A stretch of 64,000 nucleotides of DNA, from positions 70,804,001 through 70,868,000 of the forward strand of contig NC_086113.1 of assembly GCF_963921235.1 (NCBI RefSeq), in the 5' to 3' direction. The notes beneath the pieces are model-generated. The model searched no databases. It was not told where the DNA came from and was given only the letters and a program-made list of their open reading frames with translations. This DNA is from Mobula hypostoma (lineage: Eukaryota). A program made the position numbers and the translations under genes. Position 1 is the stretch's first letter. Every line of letters begins with the position of its first letter. This document shows positions 1 through 14,065 of this stretch, piece by piece.

Positions 1-2292
1 TATGGATTTTCCCATATAGTTGACCATTCCCATAAACCTTTGAACATCCTTTTTACATCGCGGTCTTGGCATGTTCTCAATAGCAGAAACCTTCAATGGA
101 TCAGGCCGCACACCCTCCTTACTAATGATATCACCCACAAATGTATGTTCAGTCACTCCGAGCTGACATTTGTCTTCATTCAACTTTAAGTTCGCCCTGC
201 GTGTTGCCTCAAAGACTTGCCTGATTCTGGCGTCATGCTCTTGTTTAGATGATCCCCAAACAATAATATCGTCCTTGGAAGTGTCTACGCCCTCAATGTG
301 CTCCTATAACGTGAATGGTTTTATGGTACACTTCAGGAGCTGGTGCAATTCCAAACAGAAGCCTAAGAAAACAGTATCTGGCAAAAGGAGTGTTAAAGTT
401 ACACAATTTTGAACTCGGTTCATCTAATTTAAGTTGCCAGAATCCCAAGGATGCATCTAATTTACTAAAATACTTTGCATTAGCAAACTGCGACATAATT
501 TCTTCAGGAGTAGGCAATTTGAAATGTTCTCTTTAATGGCCCGATTCAAGTCTCTTGGATATAAGGAAATCCTCAGTTTTCCATTTTTTTTTTATCAACA
601 ATGGCAAGCGAGTTGACTCCTTCAGTTGGTTCATCAATTTTTTTTAGGACTCCTAGCCTTTCCATTCTATCTAGCTCTGTTTTCAGTTGATGACGTAATG
701 CACAAGGTACTTTTCTGCATGGATGTATTACGGGTTGCACTGTGTTGTCAATTTTAATCGAGTGCTCCCCTGGAAGACAACCAAGCCCTTTGAACAAGTC
801 CTCATACTCTTTCATCAAGTCACCGTTTTCTGACTCTGTGTCGCAATCTAGGACTAAAATTCTTTTCATCAAATTCAGTCAGGTAAAAACAGGCAGGTAA
901 ACCCAACATTGACTGTACATTTTTTTGGCATGACCACAAATGAAAGCGTGTGCACCATATTTTTGTGTGATACTTTTGCCACACATGTTCCTTTAACTGG
1001 AATGTCTGCACCTGAATATCCAGTCACTTTTATATTTGTCTGATGTAACTCCGGTCTTGGCTTTAAAGCCTCAAACTCAGATTCTGCAAGGACATTTACT
1101 TGTGCTCCAGTATCAGATTTAAACAGAATATTGTTTTGATTCTCTTGCAATGGAATAGTCCAGTCATTCTTACTTTGCTCATTTTCACAAAGCACATCTA
1201 TATAAAACTCCTCAAATTCATCTTCAAGCACAGCATTTACTTGTTTCATTTTGTTTCTCCTTCTGCAACAGCATGAAAAATGATTTCTCTTACTGCAGTT
1301 TCTGCAAATTTTTCCATACGCTCGACACTGATTTGGCTGATGTTCCCACGCACAGCGATCACATGACTTTTTTCTCTCAGGTAACGTATTGCTCTCCATC
1401 GGTTTTGTTGTCGTTTTCTTATATTTTCTGATATATTCAGGCTTTTTTACAGCGTTTACATCGCAGTTTTCAACAAAAAGCTCTTCATCCTGCAACGTCA
1501 CTGTTTCAGAAGCTTTGCAGAGAATCAAAGCTTTTTCCAAGTCGATGTCTTTTTCTCTCAACAGCCTTTCTCTCAGAGCATTATTTCGAATGCCACAAAC
1601 AATTTTATCTTTAATGAGAGAGTCTGTGAGCAATCCAAACTTGCAAGTCTTACTATGCTTTATTAACTCAGTAATATACTCATCAATCTTTTTTCGCAGC
1701 TCTTTGCGTACATGTAAAAAATTTGTACTGTTCATATGTTACATTACGCTTCGGTATACAAAATACTTCAAGTTTGTCCATTATCAACTTTAAATTGAAA
1801 TTATCTCCATCTTCAAAGACAATATTATTATATACCTCAAATACTTCCATCCCCAACCACATGGAGCAGAAGCCCAGCTTTTGTTTTTTCCTGTTTTACT
1901 TCATAATTGACCGCCGATAACTACAGTTCAAACTGTTGCTTAAATCTCCTCCAATTATCAGCTACATTCCCAGTCAGCTGAAGTTTTGGTGGGGTTGTAA
2001 ACCTTCCATGTTTTAACTTGTTAGCGAACAGTGAAAACATTCAAATTTTTTTTTCGATTTTCTTGGGTTATTCTTCCAAAACCACTTTTGACACCATGTT
2101 GTGTTCTTTATATGTACCGTGGGTTTCTAATAACAAAACGTATTCTGGAAGAATAGAACTAGAACTTTTATTTACAAGAACCAAAACTAAACATGCTTCA
2201 CGAAGCCATGTGCTGAAACATTCTAACATTTCTGCGCATGTTCAGAGCTGTGTCCAGTCACATTCTGGCACGTGATGTGTGATATCATCACA
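1..2292 (-). mobile_element. Ty3/Gypsy LTR retrotransposon, 5' part (LTR about 2097-2292, PBS, gag, protease, RT), frameshifted
   Basis: ORF 875..1735 has gag Zn knuckles (CDRC..H...C, CRNC...NH...CC) and protease DTGAQVNVL; RT fragments YFSKLDASLGFWQ; tRNA-Leu-type PBS TGGTGTCAAAAGTGG at 2082-2096 next to a TG...CA LTR. Confidence 0.9.
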
Positions 2293-2599
2293 GCCGGCAC
2301 TGGCTTTCCACATTTGCCTCAACGTTTCAATCTCTCTCCAGCTTTAATCACTGAACAATGGAAGCTTTAATCAGCAGAATGGGGACGAACAGCAGCTCAC
2401 ACCCTGTCCCACAGCCCTCTTGCCACCAGCTTCACACACGCCGCTTCTGTCTCCAAAAATCCCCTCAGAAATGGCAGAGTGCTGAAACACCCAAACAATC
2501 TCCAAACTGCAAATTATAGGCTCCAAACTCAGAATCAGATTCAAGATGAAAAACAAACATGAGAGACATAAAACATGTGTTTTATATGGTTTCATGATC

Positions 2600-3410
2600 T
2601 CTCCAGAAGATGTCAGCTGAAGGAGCAGTGTATAGGTGCCTTCTTGACCAAATGAAAAGAAAGATAGTTTATGGACAGTGTGGGAATGTAAAAATCAAAC
2701 GGAGCTATTGAGGAATATAACGAAGATAGGGAAAGAACTCAAGAAGGGAAATAGAAGAATCAGCAGTGGCCAAGAAAACTCTTTGCCAGGTAGTTGTAAA
2801 AAGAATCCTAAGGCATCGGTACATAAATGAAGAGCAAGAGGATAACTAGGGTGAGGGCAGGAGCGCTCAAGGATATTAAAGGAGGGAACATGTGCATGGA
2901 GGCAGAGGATGTGAGTGATGTCCTTGGTGAACACTTCACAACAGCATTTACTATGGAGGATAGTGAGATCTGTGCTAATATGTTAGGGCATTTTGAGATA
3001 AAGAAGGAGGTGCTATTCAATCCCTTAATCAAATATTAAGGTGGATAAGTCCCCAGGGCCTGATGGGTTGTGCCCAAGTATTGATGAGATTGCTGTCGCC
3101 TTGATCAATATTTCCATGCTCTCTGGAGCCACCAGTGAGGTCCCAGAGTACTAGCGAGTAGCAAGTTCTTCCATTTCTCAAGAGGGAAATGGGGATAATC
3201 CAGGAAACTGTAGACCAGTGGTAGAAAAGTTATTGGAAAGGACTCCTAAGTATAGAATTATGAGAATTTGGAAAGCCATGGGCTGATTAGGGACTGTCAG
3301 CACTGCTTTGTACAGGAAAATTTGTGTCCAATAACTTGATTGAGTTTTTTTCAAAATGTCTCAAAGGTGATTGACAAAGCTAGCGATGTAAATATTGTCC
3401 ACATGGGTGA
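2600..3410 (+). mobile_element. Decayed CR1 LINE ORF2 fragment
   Basis: KSKRITR..GALKD, DKSPGPDG and KG..NPGN.RPV motifs with stops and frameshifts. Confidence 0.8.
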
Positions 3411-4103
3411 TTGTCATGAACGTGCAACATCACAGCTGTCACAGTCATGATTTTCTGGGTCCCTGAGTAAAAACTCTTTGTCTTCCTATCTGTAAAATAC
3501 ACAGATATTCCCCAAACTGGGCAATATTGCTCTAAATCCACAACTTCCAAGTTATTGACCGTGGTGTGATGTCATTCAGGAGCAATTATATCTTGCTACC
3601 AAATGTGAGGTTCATTACAGGTAGCATCTCTGGAGTCCGATTTCGAAGGGCTGGCATGAAATCAGTATTGTCAGATACTGATGTCACTGTCTGTTCCCTA
3701 TGCACTTTTACAGTGGGCACATAATGTCTGTGTCCCAAAACCATTCAATTCCCCATTGCTGTCAACTCTGCTAAACATGTGCACATGTATTCTGCCAAAA
3801 CTGAAAGTAAATGACTGGAAGGTAAGGAACAGAAACAGGAGAAGGCCATTTAGCCTCTCACGTCTTCTCTGCCGAGGCTGACTTATCACTTCTGCACCAT
3901 TTTCCTTCACTTACTCCCAATCTTTCAATTCCCTTGCTACAGCACAAAATATACTTTGTGAACTCGTTCTGTAGTCATCCAATCTTTGTCTAAGATTTTG
4001 TGGAGCTGAAATGAATGACTAATACAACCTTAAATTTCTCACAACACACATCAAAGTTGCTGGTGAACGCAGCAGGCCAGGCAGCATCTCTAGGAAGAGG
4101 TAC

Positions 4104-4139
4104 AGTCGACATTTCAGGCCGAGACCCTTCGTCAGGACT
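4104..4139 (-). ncRNA. Minimal type I hammerhead ribozyme motif (Penelope pLTR)
   Basis: AGTC-CTGACGA-agggtctcggcct-GAAAt-GTC-GACT. Confidence 0.7.
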
Positions 4140-4694
4140 GACTGAAAGAAGAGCTAGTAAGAGATTTGAAAGTGGGAGCGGGAGGGGGAGATCCAAAATG
4201 ATAGGAGAAGACAGGAGGGGGAGGGATGGAGCCAAGAGCTGGACAGGTGATTGGCAAAAGGGGATATGAGAGGATCATGGGACAGGAGGCCCAAGGAGAA
4301 GGAAAAGGGGGAGGGGGGGAAAAGCTCAGAGGATGGACAAGGGGTATAGTCAGAGGGACAGAGGGAGAAAAAGGAGAAAGAGAAAAAGAATGTGTGTATA
4401 TAAATAAATAACGGATGGGGTACGAGGGGGAGGTGGGGCATTAGCGGAAGTTTGAGAAGTCAATGTTCATGCCATCAGGTTGGAGGCTACCCAGACGGAA
4501 TATAAGGTGTTGTTCCTCCAACCTGAGTGTGGCTTCATCTTTACAGTAGAGGAGGCCGTGGATAGACATGTCAGAATGGGAATGGGATGTGGAATTAAAA
4601 TGTGTGGCCAGGAGATCCTGCTTTCTCTGGTGGACAAAGAGTAGGTGTTCAGCAAAACATCTCCCAGTCTGCGTCGGGTCTCGCCAATATGTAG

Positions 4695-5497
4695 TGTTAC
4701 GTACCCCGTAACTGGGTTGTCAAACCAGCAGAAATGGAACACTCGTTGGAGTCTGTGATTAGTAGGAACCAATAAAGTTTTATTAAAGAAATAAGTAATA
4801 CAGTACACTAATCATAAGGATATAAATGCAACAGGTTAGCGATGATAATACACACCGATACACAGAAATAGGGTAATAGGAATCAATCAAGCTCTATCGC
4901 AGTCTCGGGGTAAAATGATCAGTCTTGTGAAGCAGAGTTCAGTTCAGTTTAGTGCAGTTCGCAGTAGTTGCTGTTGTTGTACCTTGGAGAGAGAGAGAGA
5001 GTGAGAGATGTAATTTGGTTTCAGGCAGACCTTTTGATGCCTTCTGATCCCGCTGTGGTCACCGACTGTGACCCCTCTGTTCCGGTTACGATTGTTCTTC
5101 CGCGGTGAACCTGGCACCCAGGCAAGGGCGGACACACACCCCAGGTTCCCACCAATCGTACCTTTACACCCTGTGAGCCTCTGGTCAGTTCCCGCGAACT
5201 GGTTCTCCAAACTCTCACCAACTTGTGGGGGTACACTGCTCTTTCCAGGGTCTCGTGGTGTGTCTCGTGCCTTAGCAAACCTGCTCCTTTTATCCCCCTG
5301 CTGGGGTATCGCCTGTCCATCAAACTTCAAACAGTTCAGGTTCAAAGCAAACGGTCTGTCAATATCTGAATTGTGTTTCTTTCCCATTAATCTCTCTCTT
5401 CTCTCTCATTAGCATTTTGAATGCTTCTCCATTGTCTTTCTTATCTCTCTCATTAGCATCATCCATCCGGTACCTCTGCTTGGCATCACACATGACA
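4695..5497. mobile_element. Solo LTR (about 803 bp), Gypsy-type
   Basis: TGTTAC...TGACA termini, 4-bp TSD gtag/atag, similar to the LTR starting at 49894. Confidence 0.8.
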
Positions 5498-6479
5498 ATA
5501 GAAGGCCACATCTGGAGCACCGGACACAGTATATCACCCCAGCCGACTCACAGGTGAAGTGTCGCCTCACCTGGAAGGACTGTCTGGGGCCCTGAATGGT
5601 GGTAAGTGTAAGGACATGTGTAGCACTTGTTCCACTTACAAGGATAAGTGCCAGGAGGGAGATCAGTGGGGAGGGATGGGGTGGACAAACGGACAAGGGA
5701 GTCGCATAGGGAGCGATCCCTGCGGTAAGCGGGGGGGGGGGAAGTAAAAGATGTGTTTAGTGGTGGGATCCCGTTGGAGGTGACGGAAGTTACGGAGAAT
5801 TATATGTTGGACCCGGAGGCTGGTGGGGTGGTAGGTGAGGATTTTTATAAATAAATAAATAACAGATGGGGTACGAGGGGGAGGTGGGGCATTAGCAGAA
5901 GTTTGAGTAGTCAATATTCATGCCATCAGTTTGGAGGCTACCCAGACTCTCTGTGTGCCCATTTAAAGAACACACCTTGGCTTTCAGCTGCCAGACATAT
6001 ACACAATTGGGAAGACTGGTTTAAACCGGTGCTTTGTTCTGCTATAACCTGACTTTCTATAACACAAGGTTTCTTTGGAATAAAATTCCAGAATTATAGC
6101 AGAACTACTTGCAATTTAATGTATTACCACATATCTACTGACATTTTCCCACAGTAAAGTATGGCGGGCTATGGCACCAGTGCAGATCGATGGGAGTGGG
6201 CTGTTTAAATGGTTTTGGCATGGACTAGATGGGCCAAAGGGCCTGTTTCTCTGCTGTACTTCTCCATGGCTCTACATGGCTAATGTTTGTGGTGTTTGCT
6301 GCTTTGCTGTATAGTTTTCTGCTTTTCAACATGTATCACCAAAAATACACTCCCAACGATTGAGAAAATAGGAAAAAATATGAAATTTACTTTTCAAAAC
6401 TACAAAATTTCCAATTGTCGACTGTAAATTTTACAAGAATGGCATATTCTATAATAGACAACAATATATCCAGAGTTCA

Positions 6480-6818
6480 GGCACAAGTAAACAAGTGCTA
6501 CACCTGCCTTTCACCTCCTCCCTCACCACCATTCAGGGTTCCAATCAGTCCTTCCAGGTGAGACAACACTTCACCTATGAGTCTGTTTGGGTCATCTACT
6601 GTATCTGGTGTTCCTGGTGTGGCCTCCTGTACATTGATGATACCCAACCTTGATTAGGAGACTGTTTTGTCAAGCACCTTCGCTCCGTCCGCCGCAAAAT
6701 GCGGTGTTTCCTAGTGTCCACCCGTTTCAATTCTACTTCCAATTCCCATTCCAACACGTCAGTCCATGGCCTCCTCTACACCCATGATGAGGTCACACTC
6801 AGGCTGGAGGAGCAACAC
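6480..6818 (+). mobile_element. Decayed Penelope GIY-YIG fragment
   Basis: Homologous to 20715-21050. Confidence 0.8.
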
Positions 6819-6928
6819 ATACAGCATGGGCAACGGCTGGTCTTCCATACAACCCTGCCCAGGCCTGCGCCCTGCAAAGCTTCCAAGGCGCAAATCCATG
6901 GTCTCATGAGACTAACGGATGCCTATAT
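6819..6928 (+). mobile_element. Probable RTE-type LINE 3' end
   Basis: Recalled RTE tail ...ccatggtctc.tgagactaacggatgcctata. Confidence 0.45.
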
Positions 6929-6929
6929 A

Positions 6930-7750
6930 GCTTCTCCTTCTCAAATTTCAGGATGAATTCGATCATATTATGATCACTGTTCCCTAAGGGTTACTCTACC
7001 TTAAGCTCTCCACTCAATTCTAGTTCATCGCACAACACACAATACAGAACAGCTGATCCCTAGTGGGCTCAAATATGAGCTGGTCTGAAAAGCCATCTCA
7101 TAGGCTTCTGAGAAATTCCCTCTCTTTGAATCCAGCACCAACCTGATTTTCCCAATCTACCTGCATATTCAGATCCCTCGTGCCTATTGTAACATTGCCC
7201 TTTCGTCATGCATTTTCTCTCTCCCATTGTAACTTGTAGACCACATCCTTACTACTGTTTGGGGGACCGTATACAATGCCAGTCAGGGTTTAATAGCTCC
7301 CACAGTTCCTCAGCTCCACCCACAATAATTTAACACCTTCCCAACCTATGTCACCTCTTTCTAATGATGTGATTTCAGAGCCAATCCACCCCCTCTGCCT
7401 ACCCACCAGTCCTCTCCATACAATGTGTCTCCTTGGACATTGAGCTCCCAGGAATAATCTTCTTTCAGCCAGAACTCAGTGATACCCACAGCATCATACA
7501 TGCCAATCTGTTACTGTGCTACAAATTCATCTACCTTATTCCACATACTGTATGCACTCAAATATAACATTCCAGTCCCTTTTCAATTTTGTCCATCTTT
7601 TACATTGCAACTCATCCTGTTGACTGCAATTTAGCCCCATCTTCAGCCTCTCATTTCAAGGAGTCTCACTACACATTGCCTCTGTTTGTGAACCAATTAT
7701 CTCAACCTCAATACTATCCCTCCAGTTCCCATCTCCCTGCCAAAGTTTGA
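6930..7750 (-). mobile_element. Old CR1 fragment (endonuclease region), resumes at 8570-8643
   Basis: Homologous to 44350-45280. Confidence 0.75.
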
Positions 7751-8569
7751 TTAATAGGACTGCATGTTACAATCCCTAAAGTTTTTGCACTGCACTTGAC
7801 TTGAGTGGAAGTAATTCTGAAAGATGACCAGTAGATGGTGTTACCACCATTACGACATATCTTCAGTTGTGTACCTCGACATCACTGGGTGTTTCGGTCT
7901 TCTATCACAAGACACTCTCAGCCAAGGCAGGCCCACCACAGGCTGATCAGACCTGGGTGTGTGTCACACGGTTAGTCTCTAGATGGTCACTTGGCAGCCC
8001 AGACAGCATCCCTTCCTTTCAGCCACGGCCAGTGACTGCTCATTTCGGCGGCATTAGCAAGTGCTTTGATTGTCTTCCTATGGGCCTGACCTCTGACCCC
8101 TACTTCCCTCAGCAGCCGTACGGTGGAACTGGCTACGAAGCGCCTGCTCCCCACCTCGACTGGGCGCACTTTTACGTTCCTGCCTCGCTCCTCTGCTTCA
8201 ACAGCGAGGTTGGCATATCGCAGCCTTTTCCGTTCGTAAGCCTCATCCACAGCGTCCTTCCAGGGGACCGTCAGCTCAGTGATAAAGATGCGCCAACAGG
8301 AGTTGGACCAAGGGACAAGGCCAGGCCGCAGGCTGGTCATCGCAATTTCAGATGGGAAGGTAAGTCTCTGGCCTAAATCAACACGCATTCCCCAGTCCCT
8401 GGCTGCACTCAGTGGGCATGAGTCGTGAGGCAAGGGGTTAGCCCCCGGTTTCTCTCCTTCCCGGATGAAGGATGGTCGTTGTGGGACCCTTGTCTGGGCA
8501 GTGAGAGGCCTGGCATTGGTGGTTACTCTCTTACACTCAAGTTCAGCTGCCAGACACCTCAGCACCGGG
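7750..8569 (-). mobile_element. Hero/NeSL-type (R2 superfamily) non-LTR retrotransposon 3' end with restriction-like endonuclease
   Basis: W.M.VDL...L.FP..I..TSLRP(D>G)LV.WS...ELTVPW...EAYERKRLRY...VEVG.R.F, the RLE signature. Confidence 0.85.
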
Positions 8570-8643
8570 TAGTTTAAACCCTCCCGAACAGCACTGGCCA
8601 ACCTGCCTGCAAGGATATTGGTCCCACTCCAGTTGAAGTGTAA

Positions 8644-11600
8644 CATAGAACCATAGAAACTACAGCACAGAAACAGGCCTTTTGGCCCTTCTTGGCTGTG
8701 CCAAACCATTTTACTGCCTCGTCCCACTGACCTGCACATGGACCATATCCCTCCATACACCTCCCATCCATGTATCTGTCCAATTTATTCTTAAATGTTA
8801 AAAGTGAGCCCGCATTTACCACCTCATCTGGCAGCTCATTCCACACTCCCACCACTCTCTGTGTGAAGAAGCCCTTCATAATGTTCCCTTTAAACTTTTC
8901 CCCCCTCACCCTTAACCCATGTCCTCTGGTTTTTTTCTCCCCTTGCCTCAGTGGAAAAAGCCTGCTTGCATTCATTCTATCTATACCCGTCATAATTTTA
9001 TATACCTCTATCAAATCTCCCCTCATTCTTCTACGCTTCAGGGAATAAAGTCCTAACCTATTCAACCTTTCTCTGTAACTGAGTTTCTCAAGTCCTGGCA
9101 ACATCCTTGTAAACCTTCTCTGCACTCTTTCAACCTTATTTATATCCTTCCTGTAATTTGGTGACCAAAACTGAACACAATACTCCAGATTTGGCCTCAC
9201 CAATGCCTTATACAACCTCATCATAACATTCCAACTCTTATACTCAATACTTTGATTTATAAAGACCAATGTACCAAAAGCTCTCTTTACAACCCTATGT
9301 ACCTGTGACACCACTTTTAGGGAATTTTATATCTATTCCCAGATCCCTCTGTTCCACTGCACTCCTCAGTGCCTTACCATTAACCCTGTATGTTCTACCT
9401 TGGTTTGTCCTTCCAACGTGCAATACCTCACACTTGTCTGTATTAAACTCCATCTGCCATTTTTCAGCCCATTTTTCCAGCTGGTCCAAGTCCCTCTGCA
9501 GGCTCTGAAAACCTTCCTCACTGTCTACTACACCTCCAATCTTTGTATCATCAGCAAACTTGCTGATCCAATTTACCACATTATCATCCAGATCATTGAT
9601 ATAGATGACAAATAACAATGGACCCAGCACTGATCCCTGTGGCACACCACTAGTCACAGGCCTCCACTCAGAGAAGCAATTCTCTACCACCACTCTCTGG
9701 CTTCTTCCATTGAGCCAATGTCTGATCCAATTTACCACCTCTCCATGTATACCTAGCGACTGAATTTTCCTAACTAACCTCCCATGTGGGACCTTGTCAA
9801 AGGCCTTACTGAAGTCCATGTAGACAATATCCACTGCCTTCCCTTCATCCACTTTCCTGGTAACCTCCTCGAAAAACTCTTAATAGATTGGTCAAACATG
9901 ACCTACCACGTACAAAGCCATGTTGACTCTCACTGTCTATCCAAATACTTGTAGATTCTGTCTCTCAGTACTCCTTCCAATAATTTACCTACTATAGACA
10001 TCAAACTTACCGGCCTAGAATTTCCCGGATTACTTTTAGAGCCTTTTTCAAACAACGGAACAACATGAGTCACTCTCCAATCCTCCGGCACCTCACCTGT
10101 AGATACCGACATTTTAAATATATCTGCCAGGGCGCCCGCAATTTCAACAGTAGTGTCCTTCAAGGTCTGAGGGAATACCCTGTCAGGTCCTGGTGATTTA
10201 TCTACTCTGATTTGCCTCAAGATAGCAAGCTCCTCCTCCTCTTCAATCCGTATAGGTTCCATAACCTCACTACTTGTTTCCCTTATTTCCATTGACTCCA
10301 TGCTAGCTTCCTTAGTAAATACAGACACAAAAAAACCATTTAATATCTCCCCCATTTCTTTTGCTTCCATACATAGCCGACCACTCTGATCTTCAAGAGG
10401 ACCAATTTTATCCCTTACAATCCTTTTGCTCTTAATATACCTGTAGAAGCTCTTTGGATTATCCTTCACCTTGACTGCCAAAGCAACCTCGTGTCTTCTT
10501 CTAGCCCTCTTGATTTCTTTCTTAAGTATTTTTTGCACTTTTTGTACTCCTCAAGCACCTTATTTGCTCCCTGTTTCTTATACATCTCTTCTTCTTTATC
10601 AGAGTTCCAATATCCCTTGAGAACCAAGGTTCCTTATTCTTATTCACTTTGCCTTTAATCCTGACAGGAACATACAAATTCTGCACTCTCAAAATTTCTA
10701 TTTTGAAGGCCTCCCACTTACCAATCACATCCTTGCCAGAGAACAACCTGTCCCAATCCACGCTTTTTAGATCCTTTCTCATTTCTTCAAATTTGGCCTT
10801 CTTCCAGTTTAGAACCTCCACCCTAGGACCAGATCTATCTTTATCCATGATCAAATTGAAACTAGTGGTGTTATGATCACTGGAACCAAAGTGATCCCCT
10901 ACACAGACTTCTGTCACCTGTCCTAACTCGTTTCCAAATAGGAGATCTAATATTGCATCCCCTCTAGTTGGTACCTCTGTGGCAGCCTACACTCGTGGGA
11001 CTTGAACCGCCATCAGGATCTGCGGTCAGACACGCGGTAGCGTGTTTGGAACTACCCACTCGGGGCGGACCTTCCGGGGACAGTCTGACGTCACGCCCGC
11101 CCCGCGGGTCGCAGGGCCCATGGGAGGGGAGATTTAAGCACGCGATTTTGAATCAGAAAAGCCATTCTGAGTTCAGCTCCCTCTGCCTCCATGTGTTTCT
11201 TTAGTAGTGCGTTTGCGCGCGACTACACCTCTATATATTGATTTAGAAAACTTTCCTGAACACATTTTACAAACTCAAACCTGTCTAGACCTTTAACAGT
11301 ATGGGAGTCCCAATCAATATGTGGAAAATTAAAATTCCCTACTATCACAACTTTATGTTTCCTGCAGTTGTCTGCTATCTCTCTGCAGATTTGCTCCTCC
11401 AATTCTCACTGACTATTGGGTGGTCTGTAATACAATCCCACTAATGTGGCCATACCTTTCCTGTTTCTCAGCTCCACCCATAAGGACTCAGTAGACAAGC
11501 CCTCTAATCTGTCCTGCCTGAGCACTGCTGTAATATTTTCCCTGACTAGCAATGCCACCCTCCCCCACCTTTCATTCCTCTGCCTTTGTCACGTCTGAAA

Positions 11601-12050
11601 CATCGAAACCCTGGAATATTAAGCTGCCAGTCCTGCCCCTCCTGCAGCCCAGTTTCACCAATGGCTATAATGTTGTAATGTTCCTTTTGTACGTTGCACC
11701 TTCCCCAGAAGTGATTCTAATGATCCATAAATCTGAAACCTTGTCCCCTGCACCACTTCCTCAGCCACAGATTCACCCTCCTAATTGTCCTATTCTTAAC
11801 CGTACTGGTGCATGGCACAGGCAGCAAACCAGAAATTGCTACCCTGGAAGTCCTGTTTATTAGTTAGCTTCCAAACTTCCTAAAATCTCTCTTCAGGACC
11901 TCCTCCCCTTGTCTACCCATGTCACTGATGCCAATATGTACCAAGACTTCTGGCTGCTCACCCTCACCCTTGAGAATGCTGTGGACCCAATCTGAAACAT
12001 CCCTGATCCTGGCACCAGGAAGGCAATTGACATAGTCATACCTTTCTCAT
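8644..12050 (-). mobile_element. CR1 LINE, long, fragmented ORF2
   Basis: ORFs 8574..9314, 9295..9852 (GVPQGSVLGP, KFADD), 9930..10538 and 10522..10917 (SDH); CR1 tail catagaaccatagaa. Confidence 0.95.
10978..11227. mobile_element. Short solo LTR (250 bp) nested in CR1
   Basis: TGTGG...CTACA termini, perfect 4-bp TSD cctc, CpG-rich. Confidence 0.8.
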
Positions 12051-12079
12051 TTCACAGTTGCGCCCATAACGCCTCGCTG

Positions 12080-12580
12080 GACGAGTTTTCCAGACTGTCC
12101 AGACTGAGCACTGCCATAACATTTTCCCTGACCAGTATCACCACCCATCTTCCTGCTCAGTCAGGTCTAAAAGAACAGAACCCATGGCATATTGAGCTGC
12201 CAGTCCTGTCCCTCCTGCAACCAAGTCTCAGTAATGACTACAATATCATAATTCCATCTGCTGATCCATGTCCTCACCTTATCTGCCTTTCCTACAATAT
12301 TCATTGCATTGAAATAGACAGAGCCAGGACATTAATCGCACTATGCTCAAGCTTTTGATTCCTAATTGTGTCTGAGGTCTTAACAACGTCTGTCTCCACA
12401 ACCCCTCCTCTATCTGTTCTGGCACTGGTTCCCCTCCCCCTGTAACTCTAGTTTAACCCACGCCTCCCCAATGACCCCCATGCAGCACCAGCAAACCTTC
12501 CCACGAGGATAGTAGTCCCTTCCAGTTCTGGTGCACACTGTCCCTTCTGTATTGGTCCCACCTTCACTGGAAGAGAGCCT
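12080..12580 (-). mobile_element. Decayed CR1 fragment
   Basis: Homologous to 11490-11680 and 8573-8640. Confidence 0.7.
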
Positions 12581-12939
12581 GCAACTTACTGAACAAATGA
12601 GAACCAGTGGGTACAATGCTTTGGAACTCTCGAAATGATGTTCTTATAAATGTTACATCAGAATTAATGTGCAGAATTAAAGCAAACGGATTGAGGATAA
12701 CAAACAGATGTGTAAATGGTTAGCTTATATAAAGCAAAACAGGTACAAATGTATCGTTTTCTTGGTGGCTGTTGGAGATAAGTGGGGCTTTGCAGAGATT
12801 AGAGCTTATGTCCTGTTATTCACAGTGTATGTCAATTATTTGGAGCAGGAAATTGAATGTAACATTTTCAAGTTTGTGTTGTACACAAAGATGAGGGGAG
12901 AGGTTAAGGCAAGTTGTAAATTTAAAGTTAGTTAGGAAG

Positions 12940-14065
12940 GTTCAATCGTTAGGTATTAATATTGAAGTAGTAAAATGGATTCACCAGTAGCTGGATGGGA
13001 GACGCCAGAGAGTAGTGGTGGATAACTGTGTGTCAGATTGGAGGACGGTGTGTAGCGGTGTGCCTCAGGGATTTGTACTGGGTCCAGTGTTGTTTGTCAT
13101 ATATATTAATGATCTGGATGATGGGGTGGTAAATTAGATTAGTAAGTATGCAGATGATACTAAGATAGGTGGAGTTGTGGATAATGAAGTAGATTTTCAA
13201 ACCTTGCAGAGAGATTTAGGCCAGTTAAAAGAGTGGGCTGAAAGATGGCAGATGGAGTTTAATGCTGAAAAATGTGAGGTGCTACATTTTGGTAGGACTA
13301 ATCAAAATAGGACATACATGGTAAATGGTGGGGCATTGAAGAATGCTGTAGAACAGAAGGATCTAGGAATAATGGTGCATAGTTCCCTGAAGGTGGAATC
13401 TCATGTGGATAGGGTGGTGAAGAAAGCTTTTGGTTTGCTGGCCTTTATTAATCAGAGCATTGAGTATAGGAGTTGGGATGTAATGTTGAAATTGTACAAG
13501 GCATTGGTGAGGCCAATTTTGGAGTATCGCGTACAGTTTTGGTCACTGAATTATAGGAAAGATGTCAACAAAATAGAGAGAGTACAGAGAAGATTTACTA
13601 GAATGTTACCTGGGTTTCAGCACCTAAGTTACAGAGAAAGGTTGAACAAGTTGGGCCTTTATTCTTTGGAGTGTAGAAGGTTGAGGGGGAACTTGATAGA
13701 GGTGTTTAAAATTATGAGGGGGATTGATAGAGTTGATGTGGATAGGTTTTTTCCATTGAGAGTGGGGAAGATTCAAACAAGAGGACATGAGTTGAGAGTT
13801 AAAGGGTAAAAGTTTAGGGGTAACATGAGGGGGAACTTCTTTACTCAGAGTGGTGGCTGTGTGGAACGAGCTTCCAGCAGAAGTGGTTGAGGCAGGTTCG
13901 ATGTTGTCGTTTAAAGTTAAATTGGATATATATATGGACAGGAAGGGAATGGAGGGTTATGGACTGAGTGCAGGTCGGTGTGACTAGGTGAGAGTAAGAG
14001 TTCGGCACGGACTAGAAGGGCCGAGATGGCCTGTTTCCGTGCTGTAATTGTTACATGGTTATATG
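12940..14065 (+). mobile_element. 5'-truncated CR1 LINE
   Basis: ORF 13177..13809 RT C-terminus, KYADD, CR1 3' tail. Confidence 0.93.

Larger units (their letters stand above)
4041..5947 (-). mobile_element. Penelope-like element (pLTR + GIY-YIG region), interrupted by a solo LTR
   Basis: GVIYCVRCSRCGLLYIGET motif split at 4694/5498; near-identical to 20500-21510. Confidence 0.9.

Noticed and set aside
7987-8760. 257-aa ORF as a novel nuclease fusion gene
   Set aside because: Chance read-through across CR1 tail, old CR1 and Hero fragments, with a mutated catalytic motif
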